DNA of 64,000 nucleotides from Thermoanaerobaculia bacterium (GTDB lineage: Bacteria > Acidobacteriota > Thermoanaerobaculia > Multivoradales > JAHEKO01). This document shows positions 38,373-48,083 of the stretch, piece by piece. The notes below the pieces were generated by a model. That model was not told the DNA's origin. It was given only the letters and a program-made list of their open reading frames with translations, and made no database searches. A program made the translations under genes and the position numbers. The stretch covers positions 497 to 64,496 of the forward strand of contig CAMYLC010000098.1 in NCBI GenBank assembly GCA_947259195.1, given 5' to 3'. The stretch's first letter is position 1; the number at the start of each line of letters is the position of its first letter.

Positions 38373-39503
38373 ATGAAACAGACTCGTATCACGGCCCTCT
38401 TCTTGACTGTGCTCATTGCCGGGCTCGGAGTCGCATCGGGTGCCGATCTCGACCCCAACGCCGCGGGGCGCTTCGCTGGCCTCGCCCTCGACTGCGTGCA
38501 TCGGGAGTATCCGAACAAGATCGCACACGTTCTCGGCAGTGATGCGGACGTCCAGCCGCCGAGACAGCTGACGCCCGTCTTCTATGGCTGCTACGACTGG
38601 CACTCCGCGGTGCATGGACACTGGCTGCTGGCGCGACTGGCCCGCTCGTTCCCCGGCACGGAATTGGATCGACAGGCACGCGAAGCACTGGACAGAAGCT
38701 TCATTCCGCAGAACGTACAGAGCGAAGCGGCCTACCTCGAAGGCGCCGGCAGGGTTTCCTTCGAGCGCCCCTACGGCCTGGCCTGGCTCCTGCAGCTGGC
38801 TGCCGAGTTTCGCGAGTGGGACGATCCTCGGGCCCAGTGGTGGGCCTTTACGCTCGGCCCCCTCGAAAGAGTCGCCGTCGAGCGGCTGGCCGAGTGGTTG
38901 CCGAAGCTGACCGATCCCATTCGGGTTGGAGAGCACTCGCAGACCGCCTTCGCCTTCGGCCTGATTCTCGACTGGGCCCGTGTTGCTGACGACCAGGAGA
39001 TGACGCGGTTGATGGTCTCGCGGATCCGGGATTTCTACCTGGGGGACCGCAACTGTCCCCTGTCCTACGAGCCTTCCGGCCAGGACTTTCTCTCGCCCTG
39101 CCTGGCCGAGGCCGACCTGGTGCGTCGCGTCCTGCTGCCAACCGAGTTTGCGGCCTGGCTGGGTGCCTTTCTGCCGGAGATTCCATTCGATGGCACCAGT
39201 GGGTGGCTCGAACCCGCGGTGGTCACCGACCCCGGGGACCCGAAGCTCGCCCATCTCGATGGCCTCAACCTGAGTCGAGCCTGGATGCTGGACGGCATCG
39301 CCTCTGGCCTGCCCGCAGGCGATCCCAGGTTGGCTTCGATCCGCGCCGTGGCCGATCGTCACCGGCAGGATGGCCTGCGTGCGGTCACCGGCGAGCACTA
39401 CGAGGGTGGACACTGGCTGGGTAGCTTCGCCACCTATCTGGTCACGGAGCGGGGTCTTGCGCCCCTGACGAATCACGAAGAAGAGGGCAAGAAGAAGAAG
39501 TGA
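38373..39503 (+). CDS. DUF2891-family protein (exported)
   Basis: Signal peptide, then FYGCYDWHSAVHGHWLL and ERPYGLAWLL motifs as remembered for DUF2891. Confidence 0.75.
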   Translation: MKQTRITALFLTVLIAGLGVASGADLDPNAAGRFAGLALDCVHREYPNKIAHVLGSDADVQPPRQLTPVFYGCYDWHSAVHGHWLLARLARSFPGTELDRQAREALDRSFIPQNVQSEAAYLEGAGRVSFERPYGLAWLLQLAAEFREWDDPRAQWWAFTLGPLERVAVERLAEWLPKLTDPIRVGEHSQTAFAFGLILDWARVADDQEMTRLMVSRIRDFYLGDRNCPLSYEPSGQDFLSPCLAEADLVRRVLLPTEFAAWLGAFLPEIPFDGTSGWLEPAVVTDPGDPKLAHLDGLNLSRAWMLDGIASGLPAGDPRLASIRAVADRHRQDGLRAVTGEHYEGGHWLGSFATYLVTERGLAPLTNHEEEGKKKK

Positions 39504-39583
39504 AGTAGCGCCCGGCCGCCCATCGAACTCGACTTCCTCCTCTTCCGCGCGGTGTCGGCAACCGCGACGTTTGAGATGTATCC

Positions 39584-40627
39584 TTGCGTATCACGGACTC
39601 CCAAGCCCTCTTCCGGCCGACCTGCCGTCTGGTGATGTACTGCGTCCTGATCGGTCTGCCTGGAGCGCTGGCTGCTCTGGCCTTCGATCTCCTTGTCAAC
39701 TGGGCCCAGAAGCTTCTTCTCGGTGAAATCGGCCACTACCCGAGTCCAGAGATCACCGCGACGGAGATGCGGATCTCCGTTCCGCGAGAGGTTCCGAGGC
39801 TCAGGTTGCCCGTGGCAACCACGCTCGGTGGCCTACTCGGCGGCTGGCGGGTCTATCGCTGGGCACCCGAGGCCGAGGGACATGGCACCGACGCCGCTAT
39901 CGCCGCCTACCACCGCCGCGGGGGTGAGGTCCGTGGACGCATCCCATTCATCAAGGCAGTAGCCTACGCGTTGACGATCGGATCCGGAGGAGTCGCGGGG
40001 CGAGAGGCACCCACAGCACAAATCGCCGTGGGGTTGGGAACCTCGTTGGCCTGCTGGGCCGGGCTGCGGGGCCAGGAGCGCCGATCTCTGCTCCTGGCCT
40101 TCATGGTCCAACGATCCCTGACCGCCGGCAGCCGATACCCGACGCTCTACCATTCACAGGTCCCGACGCGCGAGGATTCTCCACTGCGTCGCGGCGTATT
40201 TGTCCGGCGAACGTTGGAGTTGCTCGACAAGGATGGTGTCGAGACCAGTCAGTTTCGGCTGCCCCGCCTGGTGAACCTGCTGCGTTTTGGAGAGTCGATC
40301 CCCATAGCGGTCAGCGAAGGTCAGTTGGTGGCAGTGATCGTCGGCAAAGGCTCTGAGCCGGCCGACCGAACCGTCGTGGAGACGCACGGCAAGCTCGAGG
40401 GAGTGACCGCGGTCGCGGTGCTGCGCGAAGGAGATCTGGTGGTGCCCCGCGGGGATACACGGTTTCAGGAAGGAGATCAGCTGTTGGCGGTGACCGCCTT
40501 GGCTGTCGACAGGGATTTGAGTCGCCTTGCCATGGCAAGGCGGTCGGACGATGAACCCGAGGATTCGCCGGATCTGGCATCTGAGGGCCCCATCGATCTC
40601 GATTCTGGGAGGGAGAAGCAACGATGA
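39584..40627 (+). CDS. ClC chloride-channel remnant (N-terminal ~170 aa) joined in-frame to the post-TM linker and a TrkA-C domain; likely non-functional
   Basis: EAEGHGTDAAI and IGSGGVAGREAPTAQIAVG (GREGP-type filter region) are followed directly by TLYHSQVPTREDSPLRRG, which normally follows the last ClC helix, and then a TrkA-C-like beta domain. TTG start; ATG 39635 is an alternative. Confidence 0.55.
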   Translation: MRITDSQALFRPTCRLVMYCVLIGLPGALAALAFDLLVNWAQKLLLGEIGHYPSPEITATEMRISVPREVPRLRLPVATTLGGLLGGWRVYRWAPEAEGHGTDAAIAAYHRRGGEVRGRIPFIKAVAYALTIGSGGVAGREAPTAQIAVGLGTSLACWAGLRGQERRSLLLAFMVQRSLTAGSRYPTLYHSQVPTREDSPLRRGVFVRRTLELLDKDGVETSQFRLPRLVNLLRFGESIPIAVSEGQLVAVIVGKGSEPADRTVVETHGKLEGVTAVAVLREGDLVVPRGDTRFQEGDQLLAVTALAVDRDLSRLAMARRSDDEPEDSPDLASEGPIDLDSGREKQR

Positions 40628-41022
40628 TGAAAGTGACCTTTCCGGGCGGACTAGCCGTGGATGCTCATTTCAAGGGCCATTCCATTCACACCGATCAACC
40701 CGAGAAGAACGGTGGCGGTGACACCGGTCCGGCCCCATTCGATCTCTTCTTGGCCTCGATTGCCACCTGCGCTGGCCTCTACGCTCTGCGTTTCTGTGAG
40801 AAGAGAGGCTTCCCTGCCGAGGAGCTCGCCGTAACCCTGGAGCCGGTTCGGAACCCGGAGGACAAGCGGCTCGCCACCATCCGGATCGCGGTCCACCTGC
40901 CGCAGGGCTTTCCGGCGAAGTACCATGCTGCCGTCCTTCGAGCCATCGACCAATGCGCGGTCAAGCGGCATATCGTGAATCCTCCCGATTTCGAGGTGCA
41001 GATTGCCGGTTCGGACGCCTGA
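40624..41022 (+). CDS. OsmC-family protein
   Basis: 132 aa. GGDTGPAPFDLFLASIATCAGL and AIDQCAVKRHI (two conserved Cys regions). ATGA overlap with the upstream gene. Confidence 0.85.
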   Translation: MMKVTFPGGLAVDAHFKGHSIHTDQPEKNGGGDTGPAPFDLFLASIATCAGLYALRFCEKRGFPAEELAVTLEPVRNPEDKRLATIRIAVHLPQGFPAKYHAAVLRAIDQCAVKRHIVNPPDFEVQIAGSDA

Positions 41023-41049
41023 TCCAGACAACACGAAAGGCTACCCGCA

Positions 41050-42891
41050 ATGAGCCGATCACGAAGACTCTCTCTGGCTCTCTGCTTCGCTGTCTGGCCG
41101 GCGGTGATGATCGCAGCCGAGCAGCCCGGGCCCGCGATCGATCCCGAGTCCCTGCTGCCACCGACGCTGACCTGGGACGGGGCCAGCCGAAGCCGAATCG
41201 CTGGAGCGCAAGACCCCTGGCGGACTCCAGCCGAGAAAAGCGGTTTTCGAACGACCCCCGACTACGCCACCACGGTTTCCTGGCTCGAGCGTCTGGTAGA
41301 GATCTCCCCACGACTGCACTTGACCTCTCTGGGTGAGAGTCTGGAGGGCCGCCCGATCTGGATGGTGATCGCCTCGGCTGACGGTGCAAGGTCTCCTGAG
41401 GAGCTCCATTCCAGCGGTCGACCGATTCTGCTCGCCCAGGCCGGTATCCACTCGGGAGAGATCGACGGCAAGGACGCCGGCCTCATGCTGCTGCGGGACC
41501 TCATAGACGGCGGCGTTCAGACCGACCTTCTCGAGGGCGCCAGCTTCTTGTTCGTACCGATTCTGAATGTCGACGGTCACGAACGGCGCTCCGCCTACAA
41601 CCGCATGAACCAGCGCGGACCCGGCGAGATGGGGTGGCGGACGAACGCTGCTAATCTCAATCTCAATCGGGACTACGCCAAGCTTGATACCCCTGAGATC
41701 CGCGCCCTGGTGCGAGCGATCGATCGCTGGCAACCCGATCTCTATCTCGACCTCCATGTCACCGATGGAATGGACAAGCAGCACGACGTGACGTGGGGAT
41801 TCCATGGACCCCACTCCTGGTCTCCAGGGGGCGGAACCTGGCTGGCGGAGCGCCTCGATGTAGCCCTGGTGCGAGAGCTCGAAGCTGCAGGGCACATTCC
41901 CGGGCCACACATCTTTTCTCTGGATCGCAGGGATCCGACCCACGGAATCCTGAAGTGGATCGGTGGAGCACGCTACTCGGATGGCTACGGTGCCGCCCGT
42001 CACCTGCCTACGGTTCTGGTCGAGAACCACTCGCTCAAACCCTACGAGCAGAGGGTTCTGGGAACCTACGTGCTGCTGGCCACCTCCCTGCGCACCCTGG
42101 GTGAGTTCGGTACCGAGCTGCGCGCCGCAGTCCGGGCCGACCAGGGGCGTCGGCCCGCCGAGATTACCCTCGGGTGGGGTAAGAGCGAAGAGCCCAACCT
42201 CGAGCCCATGGAGTTCCCGGGTGTCGAGGTGCGGGTCTCGCCGTCAGAGATCTCCGGCAGCGAGCGAATCGAGTGGACCGGCAAGAAGGTGGACCTCGAG
42301 GTGCCTGTCTTCGAGATGACCCGCCCACTGGAGACAGTCGGGCCCCCTCCGGCCTACTGGATTCCCGCCGCCTGGGTCGAGGTCATCGACCGCTTGAAGC
42401 TCCACGGCTTGATTGTCGAGGCCCTCTCCGAGCCCCGGGCTATCGACGTCGAGGTCTATCGACTCGGCGAGCCGGAATACGGTGAAGAGCCCTACGAAGG
42501 GAGGCTCACGGTCAAAGCCGAAGCGAGCCTGGAACGGCGCCGGATGCTCTTTCCCGCTGGCTCGGTCCGGGTACGGGTCGATCAACCGCTGGGCACCCTG
42601 GCCGTGCTGCTGCTGGAACCCGCTTCATCGGATTCCTTTTTTCAGTGGGGTCTCTTTGTGTCGATCTTCCAACGCACCGAGTACGGGGAGAGCTACGTCC
42701 TCGAGCCGCTGGCAGAGCAGATGCTAGCCGACCCTGCTGTGAAGGCCGCGTTCAGCCTTCGGCTGAAGGAGGATCCAGCATTCGCCGCCGATCCCCGACA
42801 GCGCTTGGAGTGGTTCTACGAGCGCAGCCCGTTCTTCGACGAGCGCTGGCGTGTCTACCCTGTGGCCCGGGAGATCGCCGCGGGCAGATAG
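41050..42891 (+). CDS. M14-family zinc carboxypeptidase (exported)
   Basis: Signal peptide. AQAGIHSGEIDGKDAG (HxxE zinc motif), NVDGHER, and a later H in LDLHVTDG. Confidence 0.8.
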   Translation: MSRSRRLSLALCFAVWPAVMIAAEQPGPAIDPESLLPPTLTWDGASRSRIAGAQDPWRTPAEKSGFRTTPDYATTVSWLERLVEISPRLHLTSLGESLEGRPIWMVIASADGARSPEELHSSGRPILLAQAGIHSGEIDGKDAGLMLLRDLIDGGVQTDLLEGASFLFVPILNVDGHERRSAYNRMNQRGPGEMGWRTNAANLNLNRDYAKLDTPEIRALVRAIDRWQPDLYLDLHVTDGMDKQHDVTWGFHGPHSWSPGGGTWLAERLDVALVRELEAAGHIPGPHIFSLDRRDPTHGILKWIGGARYSDGYGAARHLPTVLVENHSLKPYEQRVLGTYVLLATSLRTLGEFGTELRAAVRADQGRRPAEITLGWGKSEEPNLEPMEFPGVEVRVSPSEISGSERIEWTGKKVDLEVPVFEMTRPLETVGPPPAYWIPAAWVEVIDRLKLHGLIVEALSEPRAIDVEVYRLGEPEYGEEPYEGRLTVKAEASLERRRMLFPAGSVRVRVDQPLGTLAVLLLEPASSDSFFQWGLFVSIFQRTEYGESYVLEPLAEQMLADPAVKAAFSLRLKEDPAFAADPRQRLEWFYERSPFFDERWRVYPVAREIAAGR

Positions 42892-42989
42892 GCGGCCCTG
42901 TGGCTTGGGTCCTGGGTCCTGAACAGATGACCACCTTCTCGTAGAGGATCGTTCGGGTGGTCCGAAGGCGGACGGCATCGGCCTTGTAG

Positions 42990-43009
42990 GGGAGCCCTTC
43001 CGGGCTCCC
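42990..43009. terminator. GC-rich hairpin between convergent genes (possible bidirectional terminator; no T-run)
   Basis: GGGAGCCC-ttcc-GGGCTCCC: an 8-bp perfect stem with a 4-nt loop, between the M14 gene and lhr. Confidence 0.3.
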
Positions 43010-43089
43010 GTGGGAGGGGGGGTGGCTGGTCGCCCCAAACCATCGAGCCACGAATGTGACTACCGCTACCACTCTGGGAGTGGGGCGTC

Positions 43090-46000
43090 TCAATACCGCC
43101 GGCGCAACTTCAGGGCCCCGGGCTCACGGGAGACGCCGAACATCTCGGCCAGCGGCAGGGCGTAGGGGCTGTCCGGTGCAGGCTCGCCGTTGATCGACTC
43201 GATGGCAATGCCATGCATCGGATCGAACTGCCGGGTCAGCAGCACTTTCAAGAAGCCAAGATAGTGCCGCAGGAACGGGTGGTCGGGCTCGACTTCGATC
43301 TGGAGATCTCGGCCCTGTCGCCGAGCCACCACGACCATTTCAGAGCCGTGGTAGACGAGATACGTCCCTACCCGCCTGGGTGGTAGGCGCCCTTTGAGCT
43401 CTTCGAGAGACAAGCCACAGGGAGAGGCCGGATCCAGCGCTCCCATCCAGAAGATACTGTCCGCAGGCAGCCCCTCTCGCAGTCGACGATAGGCCGCAGG
43501 AGAGATGAACTGGAGACCTTGCAGACCCTGGAAGAAGTGACCTGCCAACACTTCGCCGGAGAGTTCCATGATGCGAAGGGTTCGAAACAGGTTGGACCAA
43601 CGCAGTGCCGGAAGCTCACGGGCCAAGAGCTCCCTGAAGAGGATTCCGTACCGCTGCAGTAGTTGACGGACCCTCTCTCTGTTGAGCTCCTCGACCTCCA
43701 GCGCGTCGCGCTCTGCCTCGAGTTTGTCGGGGTCCTCGAGGCGATACCAGTCGCCCGGGACTGTCCTGGCCGCCCGCCAGCGTTCGGGCCTGGAGCGACG
43801 AGGGCGGACGGGGCCATCGGCCGATTTCGCGTCAGTCGGGCTTTGCGACTCCACTCCACGAAACTGATTGAGCGCTGCCTGCCGCACCGCCAGGAAGGTC
43901 GAGTTCGACACCCTGCCTTCCCAGGCCTGGGACCACAGTAGGTCCGTCAATTGGGCTGCATCGAGCCCCGAATCATGGAGCAGCTCTTCGAGCCTAAAGC
44001 GCCCTTCGCCTCCGGTGAAAAGCCGTTTCTGCGGCTCCTCGGCGGGATGATCCTCGTCGGTAGAGCCTGGCACCGGAAACAGCTCGAGCTCCGTTCGCAG
44101 CGCGAAAGTCAACCGCTCCCTGCCGCAGCCGAGCCAGATCAGGTCGGTCTCCTGCATGAGGGCATCCAGCCAGGCCGTGTAGTAGGGGTCCAGTCGGGCC
44201 GGCAGCAACTCGGACTCCCAGAGCCGTGCCGGTACCGGGTAGCCGAACAGCCCTTCCAGGGCGGACTTCAGGCGCTCCGGGTCGCCTCCTACGCTGCCCA
44301 GCTCCTGCTGGGTAGCTAGAAACAGGGGTAGCTGATCGAGCGATAGGGCCTCGAACGAAGGTCGAGCCTCGGCCCTCAGTAGCCTCAGGAGACGTTCGAG
44401 ATTGTCGCTGTCGCAGATCTCGAGTCGTTGGTCGTCCCCACTGCGGAAGCGATCGATAACGACGCGCTCTTCTTCGAGCAGGGCCTCCACCGCCTCCCTG
44501 GTCTCGGCTTCGCCAAGGGCAAAGGTCTCCGCCAGGAGTTGCTCGGGGAAAGGACCATAGAACCGGATCCACTCCGATACCAGAGCCACCAGGGTCGCGC
44601 CACCCTCTTCGGCGTCGCTCTTGCGGTCGGTCTGTCTCGAGAATTCCAGGAGACGCCGCCTTGCCCACTCCATGGCTACTCCTGAAGCCTCGTCTCCGGC
44701 CGCCAGCGGTCGGAGCTCGACGACTTCCTGGTGCCAATCCAGTCCGCGGCAGAGCCTCGGCAGGTCCTCGACGTGCGCTACTACCTCGAGGCCGTCCCGA
44801 GAGTCGCGCCCCTGGACTATCACGAGTCGTTCAGAAGCCTTCTGCAGGATGGCATCGACGGCGTCTTCCTCCCCAGCCAGATCCCGGCTCATCGCGACGA
44901 GAAGCCCTTGCCACTCCTCGATGGGCAGGACCACTCGTTCCCGGGTCCAATCAACGAGATCCCGTGCGGTCTGCGGCGCATAGCCCGGGTAGACCCTCTG
45001 CAGCTTGCGCTGGAACCGATCGATGAGGGCAGAGGGAAGCCGCGGCCGCAATTGAGAGCTGTAGACCAACTCCTGAAGCAAGTCACGGCGGAGGCCTGGG
45101 GGGTGTGTCTCCTCGGGAATATCGTCCTCGTACATCAGGCGGTTGGTCTGCTTCCAGAGCACGTTGGCCGCCAGGGGCGAAGCCTCGGAGGTGGAGACTT
45201 CGCTCCATTGGATCTCTCCTCGCTCAAGCTCCCCGAGAACGAGCTTCAGGCTCTCCAGATCGAACTCGTCCTGCAGGCAGGTTCGCCAGGTCTCCATCAG
45301 GACTGGGAAATCCTCGTAGCGGGAGACCGAAGCGAGCATTTTCTTGGCCCGTTGACGGTTTATCCATAGGGGTACGCGACGTCGGAAGCTGGCCCGTGGC
45401 AGCAGCAGCGCTCTGCCTGCGTTCTCGCGGAAGCGTGCGCCAAAGAAGCCACTCTTCTCCAGGCTGTGGCGCAGGAGCTCTTCCACGTTGTCGGGACCCA
45501 CCAGTCCCAGGAGACGATCGACATCGAGGCGCTCGTCGGCCGAGAGCAGGAGGCAGTCGTTGTCCTGCTCGATGCAGAGCGAACGGCCCTCCTCCCGTTC
45601 CCAGGCCGCCGCCAGCGCCAGAGCCCAGGGTCGATTGACCTGCCCACCCCAGAGGCTGTGCAAGACCATTCCGCTTCGGCCTTGCCGTAGATCGGGGTCC
45701 GTCACCCGCTCCACCACGAGGTGTTTGCGGTGCGGCAGGCCACAGCCGGTCACCGCTCGCTGATGCTCGAGGAGTCGTACCAGATCTTCGGCAGGCGACG
45801 CCTCGACGGCGTGCTCTCTTTCAAGCTGGAGCAGCAGCTTGGCACGGCCGTCTTTGCTCTCCAGGAGACTGTCAGCCCGTTCCAGAAATTCGCCGGTCCT
45901 GGAAGCCAGGTGGAAGCTGCGATTGCGCTCCTCGGCTCGCCAGAAGGGCGCCATGGCGGAAGATCTCCGCGCCGGTACGACCAGGACGTCGTTGTGGGTA

Positions 46001-47703
46001 ATACCCCGGATCTGCCAGTTCTGAGCCCCAAGGGTGAAGGTGTCGCCCACCGACCGCTCCCAGACGAACTCTTCGTCCAGCTCGCCAATCTTGGCCATCG
46101 AGTCCTGCAGGCGAAGGTGAAAGTAGCCACGGTCCGGAATCGTGCCACCTGACTGATAGATGAGGCGTGCCGCGCCCGGCCGCGCACGGATCGTGCCCTC
46201 CACCCGATCGACGGTGACTCGCGGACGTAGCTCCCGGATTCGGCTGTCGGCGTAGCGGCCGGCCAGCATTTCGAGAACCAGGTCGAACTGGCGTCGCTTC
46301 AGTTCCCGATAAGGGTAGGTGGATCGCAGGAACGCGAAGAGCTTCTCCGCCTCCCAGGTCTCAGCCACCACCATGGAGAGCATCACCTGGGCGAGCACAT
46401 CGAGGGCTCCGGTGACTGGACGGCTCTCTTCGATCTCCTGTCTCAGGACACATCGGACCATCACCGCGGCGTCCAGGAGATCCCGGTCGAAGAGGGCATA
46501 GAGCCGGCCCCGGCTGGGCGCTCTGACCTGGTGTCCAGCTCGACCCAACCGCTGTACGGTCGAGGCGACGGTCGCCGGGGTCTGCACCAGTAGTACCTCG
46601 TCCAGGGCCCCGATGTCGATGCCCAGCTCCAAGGAGTTGGTAGCAACCAGGGCGGCAAGCCGGCCCTCCTTCAAACGATCTTCGACGACAGCGCGGATCT
46701 CTCGTGAGAGGGATCCGTGATGGGAGTAGGCCAGATCAGCCGCCTCGGACTCGTTGAGCAACCGGGTGAGCTTCTCGGTCAAGCGACGGGAATTGGCGAA
46801 GATCAAGGTAGAGCGGTTGCTTTGGATACGCTCTAGTATCCCCTCGATCAGTGGTTCCCAGACCTCCGATGGAGAGGGCTCGGTCCTCACCATCCGTGGA
46901 TCGTTCTCCAGCTGGCGCGATGCGTTTTGCCCCCGCGCCACGACCTTCAGATCGTAGTGCTTCTCCTCGGACGAGGATATGACTGTTACCAACCGAGATC
47001 GCCCGACGGGCTCCCCGTCTGCCCCCAGAGGTCCTGGCTGAAACCCACCTACGAAACGAGCGATGCGCTCGGCTGGGCGGACCGTCGCCGAAAGGGCGAT
47101 GCGCTGAAACTCTCCCGCCAGTAGGCCGAGTCGCTCCACGGCAGTGATCAGATGGGTGCCGCGCTTGCCGCCGGCGACAGCGTGGATCTCGTCCAGGATG
47201 ACGCACTCAACGGATCCGAGAATGGACCTGCCACCCTTCGATGTCAGCAGGATGTTGAGGCTCTCCGGAGTGGTGATGAGCACCTCGGGAGGGTGTCGCA
47301 GCATCTTCTGTCGTTCGGCGGATGGCGTGTCGCCGCTGCGGGTCTGCACTCGTACCGCCACGGGCTGCTCGCCAGCGCCTTCGAGCTCTACCGTCAACTG
47401 GGCCAGGGGGCCCAGCAGATTGCGTTGGATGTCGTAGTTGAGCGCCCGCAGGGGAGAGACGTAGAGCACCTTCGTCTGTCCACCGCGCCACTCGCCGGTC
47501 AGCAGCTGATTCAAGGACCAGAGGAACGCCGCTAGCGTCTTGCCACTACCGGTTGGAGCGGTGACCAGGACGTGCTCGCCTGCCGCGATGCGCGGCCAGA
47601 CCTGGGCCTGCACCGGTGTCGGCTCCCCGACCTGGCGCTGGAACCAGCCGGCCACGATCGGATGAAAGACGCCCAATGCTGCGCTTGTCTTCTCGGAAAC
47701 CAT
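43090..47703 (-). CDS. lhr: Lhr-type large ATP-dependent helicase
   Basis: 1537 aa. APTGSGKTLAAF (Walker A), ILDEIHAVAG (DEIH box), a helicase C domain and the long Lhr-specific C-terminal extension. Confidence 0.9.
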   Translation of the reverse strand: MVSEKTSAALGVFHPIVAGWFQRQVGEPTPVQAQVWPRIAAGEHVLVTAPTGSGKTLAAFLWSLNQLLTGEWRGGQTKVLYVSPLRALNYDIQRNLLGPLAQLTVELEGAGEQPVAVRVQTRSGDTPSAERQKMLRHPPEVLITTPESLNILLTSKGGRSILGSVECVILDEIHAVAGGKRGTHLITAVERLGLLAGEFQRIALSATVRPAERIARFVGGFQPGPLGADGEPVGRSRLVTVISSSEEKHYDLKVVARGQNASRQLENDPRMVRTEPSPSEVWEPLIEGILERIQSNRSTLIFANSRRLTEKLTRLLNESEAADLAYSHHGSLSREIRAVVEDRLKEGRLAALVATNSLELGIDIGALDEVLLVQTPATVASTVQRLGRAGHQVRAPSRGRLYALFDRDLLDAAVMVRCVLRQEIEESRPVTGALDVLAQVMLSMVVAETWEAEKLFAFLRSTYPYRELKRRQFDLVLEMLAGRYADSRIRELRPRVTVDRVEGTIRARPGAARLIYQSGGTIPDRGYFHLRLQDSMAKIGELDEEFVWERSVGDTFTLGAQNWQIRGITHNDVLVVPARRSSAMAPFWRAEERNRSFHLASRTGEFLERADSLLESKDGRAKLLLQLEREHAVEASPAEDLVRLLEHQRAVTGCGLPHRKHLVVERVTDPDLRQGRSGMVLHSLWGGQVNRPWALALAAAWEREEGRSLCIEQDNDCLLLSADERLDVDRLLGLVGPDNVEELLRHSLEKSGFFGARFRENAGRALLLPRASFRRRVPLWINRQRAKKMLASVSRYEDFPVLMETWRTCLQDEFDLESLKLVLGELERGEIQWSEVSTSEASPLAANVLWKQTNRLMYEDDIPEETHPPGLRRDLLQELVYSSQLRPRLPSALIDRFQRKLQRVYPGYAPQTARDLVDWTRERVVLPIEEWQGLLVAMSRDLAGEEDAVDAILQKASERLVIVQGRDSRDGLEVVAHVEDLPRLCRGLDWHQEVVELRPLAAGDEASGVAMEWARRRLLEFSRQTDRKSDAEEGGATLVALVSEWIRFYGPFPEQLLAETFALGEAETREAVEALLEEERVVIDRFRSGDDQRLEICDSDNLERLLRLLRAEARPSFEALSLDQLPLFLATQQELGSVGGDPERLKSALEGLFGYPVPARLWESELLPARLDPYYTAWLDALMQETDLIWLGCGRERLTFALRTELELFPVPGSTDEDHPAEEPQKRLFTGGEGRFRLEELLHDSGLDAAQLTDLLWSQAWEGRVSNSTFLAVRQAALNQFRGVESQSPTDAKSADGPVRPRRSRPERWRAARTVPGDWYRLEDPDKLEAERDALEVEELNRERVRQLLQRYGILFRELLARELPALRWSNLFRTLRIMELSGEVLAGHFFQGLQGLQFISPAAYRRLREGLPADSIFWMGALDPASPCGLSLEELKGRLPPRRVGTYLVYHGSEMVVVARRQGRDLQIEVEPDHPFLRHYLGFLKVLLTRQFDPMHGIAIESINGEPAPDSPYALPLAEMFGVSREPGALKLRRRY

Positions 47704-47831
47704 GCTCGATCAGGACCCCGACTCTCCGTTGTCGGATCCGTAGTCTAGCCCCTTTGCCGCGCACCCCCCGCCCGTCCTGGGCAAAGGGGGTTGAACCGGC
47801 CGCACTTCGTGCCGGCCGGCCCTTGCGGCAG

Positions 47832-47862
47832 TAGGGGCTTAAGGGCGTAGGGGCGCAGAGGG
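47832..47862 (+). repeat. three tandem GGGGCNTA-type octamers (G-rich on the plus strand)
   Basis: TAGGGGCT TAAGGGCG TAGGGGCG CAGAGGG. The unit is the same as at 59213-59245, in the opposite orientation. Four G3-4 runs. Confidence 0.5.
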
Positions 47863-47931
47863 AGATTCCCTGACGAGAGTCTAGTGAGTGCTCCATGCTC
47901 ACTCTCGGTCCAGATCGGGCAAGAGGTCGGT

Positions 47932-48001
47932 CCGGGGGGCAGGATTCCAGGGGGTTCTTGCAGCGGAAGGGAGGATAGCCCACTGGGATCCTGCCCCCCG
48001 G
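47932..48001. other. 19-bp inverted repeat (long hairpin) in an intergenic region
   Basis: CCGGGGGGCAGGATTCCAG (47932-47950) pairs with CTGGGATCCTGCCCCCCGG (47983-48001): 18 Watson-Crick pairs plus one G-T, with a 32-nt loop. Confidence 0.5.
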
Positions 48002-48083
48002 GCTGACCTCACAAGATCGTGGTCATCCCCTGAGACCCTAGCCGCCGTCCGCCTGCGGACCACCCGGACGGGCCTCCACTCAC

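Noticed and set aside
47951-47982. GGAA and GCAGC...GGAAGG in the loop of the 19-bp hairpin resemble SRP (4.5S) RNA domain IV.
   Set aside because: The flanking bases do not form the conserved symmetric/asymmetric loops or a closed GGAA tetraloop (C-G closing pair, then a G-G clash). It is also too short for SRP RNA.
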